This document shows, in pieces, positions 57,905 to 64,000 of a DNA stretch of 64,000 nt. The translations under genes and the position numbers were made by a program. The first letter of the stretch is position 1, and the number at the start of each line of letters is the position of its first letter. The stretch is from Macrostomum lignano (taxonomy: Eukaryota): assembly GCA_002269645.1 (NCBI GenBank), contig NIVC01001271.1:62001-126000 (forward strand). Direction: 5' to 3'. Under the pieces are notes generated by a model. It ran no database searches, had not been told where the DNA came from, and was given only the letters and a program-made list of their open reading frames with translations.

Positions 57905-60900
57905 TACTAATTCCTACTTAAGTGGTGGTTCAGTCTTCCACTTAGATCTTGCTTCTAATCAAGTAAGGCATGGATTGGGGACTAAGTTTCTCCTTTCTCA
58001 TTTCGATAATCCATTCGCTTAGTTCAGCTAGACAAAGTCCTGTCTGTTTCAACTCATTTTTTTCCGAAGACAAGTTCAACTAATATTGGATTCTTATTTT
58101 ATCTAATAGGGTTCACGTTCATCTTCAAACTGACGTACCGTCGAGACCTTCGGCATGATGAGAAATAAGATTTGCCAGACTTTGAATTGGTTGCTAAATC
58201 TGTCAAAGCTGCTGTCATTGAGCTTTTTATAATTGCTGACAGTGACAGTAACCTTGTTTAAAAAGCTTTTTAATAAGTCTTTGTGGTCAAATGATGAAAA
58301 TTTATTTGCCCAGGGTTGAATTCGCATCTTCAGCTTCAGAGTTTCGTTGGTTTTGATGAAGTCATGTTTCAAGCTCTTAATAATTGTTTTAAACTTTTTC
58401 ATTCTTGTGAAGTTTTATTTCAACTCATGCAGCTGAGGTTATAATATACATAGGTTAGTATATAAGGTTACGTACTTCGAGGTATATGAGATAAAGCAAA
58501 GTGGCAAAATTGATTAAATATAGGATTCAATACTTGGAAGCACTCAAAACCAAGTATTGCGTAGTATTGTTTGTAATCACATATTACTCGTGCATTAAAT
58601 GAATCTGGCCAATATGCGATCACGAGCTATTAAGCGCGCTTTTTGCGTTGAATGCACGCTTTTATATATTTATATCGAGTTACTTGGTTTTGAGTGCTTA
58701 AATATCCTGGTCACCAGTGTGCAAAGCATTGAACAGCGGTATATTTATTCGTCTCTGTCAAAGAAACTTGTTTCGTCTCAATCAGAAAAAATATTGTCCC
58801 ATTTATTCATTTATTTAAGACGAAAGACTTCAGGGTCGTACTACGAGTCGTATAAAGTCGTATAAAGCTGTCGTAGCGTAAGTTCGATCGTACGTCGGAA
58901 CTTTTACACTGCGAAGATAGGAGCTAAGATCGATCTTATCTTACGATGGCTTTATAGAACGGGCCCGTCCATTTGTTCGTCCTCATCTGCAATGAATCGC
59001 CGGTCAAATCGTGGAATTCAATTGTGCTGCCAGAAACAATGGAAACTACCGCACAATAATCGCGTCACGTTTTTAGTTTGAAGATTACTTTCACTAGTCC
59101 TGTTGTAGTTTGCAAAGTACGCTCGTACACTAACAGGCTGCGTTTGTGGGCTGATTAGAACCACTCGCACCTTAACTTTGCGACACCATAAGATCTGTGA
59201 GACTCCCATCTGGCTCGCTCAGCAATCGTCATCGAAGCCCATCACCCAGCTTTTATCACGGTCCAGGTCCAACAGCACACCAATACGCGCCGTACTTTTT
59301 AAATAGTATTCAAATCTGACCACATAATGTGGTTCTGGCAGATCCAGTCAGCACCCGGTCCAGTCTCGCCAGTGCCGATCAGCAAACATCAAAAGCATAC
59401 TTTCCCACAGTCTGTCATACAGTCTCCAGCAGATCCCATTCGATTTGCTTTGGCCTTGCACAGCTTACTTACGTTTGCTGATGCACTTGACAACTACCGG
59501 CGATATTGCCTTTATAATTCTGAAATCTTTATTCAAGCATTGGAACAAATCACCATGGTGAATGACGAGGCTTTCTGTCAGCCGTATTCATAGGGAGAAC
59601 TCCGTCTCTAGGAGCTGCTTGACTGGTCCAATTGTTCAGGCCGCCAGCCACACCAGAGCTGCTTACCTCCATCTGCCATGACGTGCTGCCTACGCTTCCG
59701 ACTCGCTTTCGCAAATTTGCAGAATGTTTTTCATTTCTCTCGAATCGCCCCCTCTCAACAAGATTAGCGTGTTCTTTATGATGCACTAGTGGCAACTGTC
59801 TTTACTAGCATTAGTTTAGACTTGTTGCTAGAAGTCGATAGTCAATGCTAATTTATTTGTTCTTCTAGCCCAGCGCTACCACTGCAGGACCTTCGCTTTA
59901 CTTTTACCAGTTCGCGTCATTATTCAGTAAATGTGCGTGCTGTTAGAAAAACAACCCACCTCATGCGTGCACTACAGCCCAGTTTGTACGATGTTTGTGA
60001 TAGAAAGTGCTCGCGTCGCATAAACCGATGTACTTTTGTAACCATGACGCGCGTGTTGTGCATCGATGCTGTGAAATTATCTACCCCAACTTGTACCTTG
60101 TACGCTCTTCTTCAACCCTGAATTTTTCCAGGAATTTTCTATCTACACCTGCAGATGTAGGAAAATTGTCGATCAACGCTTTGACAACTAAAGCTTATAT
60201 ATAGGAGGGTACCACTGAGAGAGGCTAGTCCCTTCTCTTAAAAAACTGTAAGCTGTCTCTTAAGCCCAACTCGGCAGTACTCGTAAACCAGCTGTAGCTA
60301 AGTTTATTTGTGCCAATCGACAAACCTACCGTTGAACGACACATCTAAGGTAATATTCATGCAGAGTATTTCTAAATCTTATTTAAATTCCATGTCTTAC
60401 GCACGCAGCATTATTCATTTAAAATTCATGGGATTTGTTGACTTGCTAAGATTTTGTGCGAAGATATAAAGTTGGTTTTCACATTTTATATTACCGGCTG
60501 TAAGAGTTGCCATTTGGTTTTTATCTCTTAAATAACTCTTAGCAGACCAATGTGACCCTCCTAGAAAAAATAGGCAAAAACTTTCGTTTGATTTCGGGCA
60601 GAGACTAAATGCTTTCATTTTTACTTTATTGAGCAGTAAAAGTCGAGCTGTTCATAATATGACTGTTATGACAGATGACAGTTATACTCGTATGAGTACT
60701 CTTTTGCCGTAATAGTTCGTGTTTTAACAAACCTTCGGCTCACTGCCTCTCAAATCGTCTGGTTTCCAGGTTGCGGATCCGCCCGTCGGGCTGCTTTACG
60801 GAACGACGGCCGGGGTGAGCTTTGTACTATTTGTTGTAATCGATTTCTTCTAACTTACCACCAAAATGCTTTTGAGACTTGTTTTGAGTAACCAAAATAC

Positions 60901-61544
60901 TACTTGAAGTACTTAGGACCCATATAGGGGTTGATTTTGGAGGTGAGGTGGACCAATACAAATTCAATGCCCATCTAAATGTATTAGCCCTTGTACGCAG
61001 AAGCGGCCGGCCTTCGCCACCCCTCATTCCAAAACCGATACCCGAAGGCATGAGCTCCAAATTGTCTCCCGCACAACCTGTTATTTCCACTCATTTGTCT
61101 TCTTCCTACCTTCACCCCTCTAGTATTCAACCGTCGCCACAGCTATCCAGACAGACCAGTTCTAGACTAGCCGACCTCAATGACCAAAGGACAATAACGA
61201 AACTGAGGTTTGAGGGCCAAGCCAAGCAGCCTGTTAATGTTTGATACAGAAGACTCACAGCAAATGCTTGGGGTGTGATGGTGCCTAACAACGGCACAGA
61301 GAGAAACTGCTTGAGCGCAAACCCTACCCCGCTCAAATCATTCATTACCTTGCATTGTGCCTATGCGTTCTCGTTGACTAAAATTCACTGAAATGCAAAT
61401 TTCTCTCCATGCAACCACAACGTGCTTTTCTACGCAGCGGCAGCAAGCCTTTCTTTTCTTTCCAACTATGGTTCAATGCATGCCATGTATTCCACGCGTG
61501 CTTTTCTACGCTTGCCTCGCTTCCTCATTCCGAAGGATTTTTGG

Positions 61545-61920
61545 ACGGTTAATTCACGATATTTCCACGGCAATTCCATGGGTTTGCCTAGCAGAGAGAA
61601 CTTCCATATTCAGACGGTAATTCACAGCAATTCCATGGGTTTGCCTAGCAGAGAGAACTTCCATATTCAGACGGTAATTCACGATATTTCCACAGCAATT
61701 CCATGGGTTTGCCAAGCAGTAGCGCAACCAGAAATTTTTCGAGGGGGCGGATTCTGAGGGTAGTCCCGGGAGGGGGGCGGATGGGTGGCTCTATTTTTGG
61801 AGAATTCGCTTGGTCCCCCCTTTGATTTTTTTCGGCGACCGAACAGAGAGCAGAGAGAAGTTCCGTATTCAGACGGTTAATTCACAATATTTCCACGGCA
61901 ATTCCGTGGATTTGCCAGAC
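61545..61920. repeat. Short ~65-bp tandem repeat interrupted by a G/C-run insert
   Basis: TTAATTCACGATATTTCCACGGCAATTCCATGGGTTTGCC(TAGCAGAGAGAACTTCCATATTCAGACGG) recurs about 4 times. Confidence 0.7.
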
Positions 61921-62639
61921 AGAGAGAGAGAAACCAAAGATATATGCATAACCAATCTGACCTCGCCTCACCTCGCTCCAATTCTTGTGCCAAGCTATGA
62001 ACCATGGATTCCGAGGCTAAACAGTCAAGCAAAATTCTTAACTTAATAAAAAGTATAAATTCAAGAGTCAGCAAGCGCAGCCATTGCCATCTCGACCATC
62101 TCTGAAGACGAGAAAGCCAATCTACTGAAAAGCCTTCAAAATGTTGACGAACAATCATCGAAGAAAGAAAGATCCGAGGAGGCCAAGCGCTTGGATAGTG
62201 AGAAGGAGAGACGTGAAGTCCGGTTCATGGCTCGGCTGAAGGAAAGCCTTAACAACATAAATAATGCAGATTGTCGTCAAGACGCTCAAAAACTCTTATC
62301 CCATTTCCCATGCCCTGGTATTTGGTCATTGACCTTTTACTAGGGTCCACCCCTCCCCGTGAGTCCGTACTTTATCAACACCATCTTGAATAGGTCTTCA
62401 TACCTCTTTATGTTGATAAAATCAATCCCCATAAAGAATCTCCCCATCCCTATTCCCCATGCCTCGGTGGTTGGTTTTACGAACTCGTAAGCTACATATA
62501 GTTGGGTTGAAGCTACCAAAAATGAAGCTCATATTTGAAATCAGCACCATAAAAAATCTCTATAAAGACAAAATTATGATCCTGTCAAAACTGCAACTAA
62601 TTTATTAACATAAACTTGAAGAAGTCTATTTCGTCCTCT

Positions 62640-63449
62640 CTAAAACGCCATCTTTTGAGATTCGAAAGCCAAGAAATGAGATCTCCTGATAGCACAAGTA
62701 GCACTTGGTTGCTTCAACTTCAGGTTAGCGGTTCTGAATTTCTGCAAAACAAGCTCAAGACGCCGCAGATGCTCCTCGACTCCTTTTAAAAAGATGACAA
62801 CGTCGTCAAGAAATGACAGGCACACTTCCCAACGTAGGCCCTTCAGAACGAGTTTCATCAGTCTTTAAAACGTGGCAGGACCATTGCACACACCTTGCGG
62901 TAGTCTCTTGTACTGGAATAATCCCTGTGGCGCATGAAATGCTGTTTTTGCGTGACTCTCTGAGTCCAGCATCACCTGGGTGTATCCGCTAGTGAAGTCG
63001 AGCGTTGTGGATCCTGCGAGAGCATCGATCAGATCGCTGGTGTGAAGCAGTGGATGACTTCAGAAGTTGAGCAGTCTGAAGTCGTTCACAAAGCGCAAAC
63101 TGCTGTCCTTCTTCACCATAATGACTGGACTCGACCACGGAGAATTCGAAGGCTCTACGATGTCGTCTCGCACCATCTGCTCGACCATCTCTGACACAGC
63201 TCGCTGGTTCAGCGGTGACAATCGACGAGGAGGCACTCTAATGGGTTTCGCCGACCCGGTGTCAATTTTGTGGTCAAGGAGTGAAGTGCAGCCCAGGTCG
63301 TTTGGACCTTTCGAGAACACATCCCGGCACTGATACAGCAGATCTTTGACACACTGAACTTGATTGGCTGTCAGATTTTTATCATCAATGGGCACATTTG
63401 GTGCATACTCAGCGATTTGACCTTTCACTGTCTCAAATTGTATTAACAA
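62640..63449 (-). mobile_element. Ty3/Gypsy LTR-retrotransposon reverse transcriptase relic (frameshifted)
   Basis: DVFSKGPNDLGCT..HKIDTG..PIRVPPRRLSP..IVEPSNSPWSSPVIMVKKD..LRFVNDFRLLN, then TLDFTSGYTQV..KTAF..GLFQYKRLPQG.CNGPATF*RLM..CLSFLDDVVIF. Confidence 0.93.
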
Positions 63450-63539
63450 CTTAGCAGCAGGGGCGGGCGACTCGGTGTTAAGAGACCCCCTGCCGCCGAA
63501 CCCCGTCCATCAGTTTTTTGCCGCCGGGCCACCCTCCGA

Positions 63540-64000
63540 TCCGTGGAAGGTGGCCTCCGAGTGCGCCTGGCCGCAGCGCAAACAACAGTGCGTGAATCGG
63601 CACGGATTGCGATGTCAGCCGGACAGTCTGTTGTAGTCGAAGCAGACCGTTCGCTTCAGTGCTGGCTTTGCCGCAGCACCAGCCTGCCGCTGCAGACCCG
63701 GTGCCATCAGGTGCGCTGCTACCAATCCGAGGTCGGTCACCGAGCTGTCCCAGGCGCCGTAACCCGTCTGCTGCACTCTGAACTCGTCGTCATAGCGCAA
63801 CACGCGACCGCGGTCGAAACCGAGGTCGAGGAGGTCGCCGATCTTGGCTGTGTGCTTCAGGTACTCGAGCAACTCAGACATGTCGATGGTGCTGTCTCTG
63901 AGAACCAGAAGCCTGCCGTCCTTCAGCATCTGCATCAGTGCATTCGCATTCCCGGTAATCCACTCACCAACAGACAGACTATCCAGAATGAACTGCTTCC
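63540..64000 (-). mobile_element. DIRS/Ngaro-type gag relic (continues beyond the window)
   Basis: LRYDDEFRVQQ...WD motif and Cys/His finger VCFDYNRLSG*HRNPCRFTHCCLRCGQAH (the stop sits at an expected Cys). Confidence 0.6.

Noticed and set aside
59225-59330. SPRY/B30.2-like peptide RIGVLLDLD on the minus strand
   Set aside because: A single short motif amid stops and frameshifts; insufficient to call.
58100-62330. Scattered 60-110 aa ORFs and a charged open frame near 62080-62340
   Set aside because: No family could be recognised; probably TE debris, though expression cannot be excluded without data.

Overview
Eukaryotic (animal) genomic DNA. The GC-rich, intron-poor exons, minisatellite-filled introns, short 5' leaders behind splice acceptors and AT-rich transposon graveyards suggest a free-living flatworm such as Macrostomum; this is inference, not a database result. 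Seven protein genes were reconstructed by hand from splice signals and frame continuity. On the + strand: the 3' part of a KChIP EF-hand gene, a CIN85/CD2AP-like SH3 adaptor, and a 579-aa winged-helix-like + PNP/MTAN-fold protein. On the - strand: a tight co-oriented run FAU > D2HGDH > TNIP/ABIN-like > GPATCH1 that looks like a spliced-leader (SL) operon. Main points: (1) D2HGDH has no in-frame ATG of its own, but has an in-frame acceptor where the flatworm SL 3'-terminal AUG would supply the initiator Met. (2) A ~15 kb CpG-depleted AT-rich block holds Pif1-helicase and MULE relics whose motif-breaking changes are almost all C>T/G>A, a RIP-like signature unexpected in an animal. (3) A ~300 bp TIR element carries a 64 bp copy of the 28S rRNA R2/I-PpoI target region. 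(4) The ABIN-like protein ends in an NZF finger. (5) Nine of 15 introns each hold a different minisatellite. Most long repetitive ORFs in the supplied track are minisatellite read-throughs. There is no CRISPR array and no full-length RNA gene.
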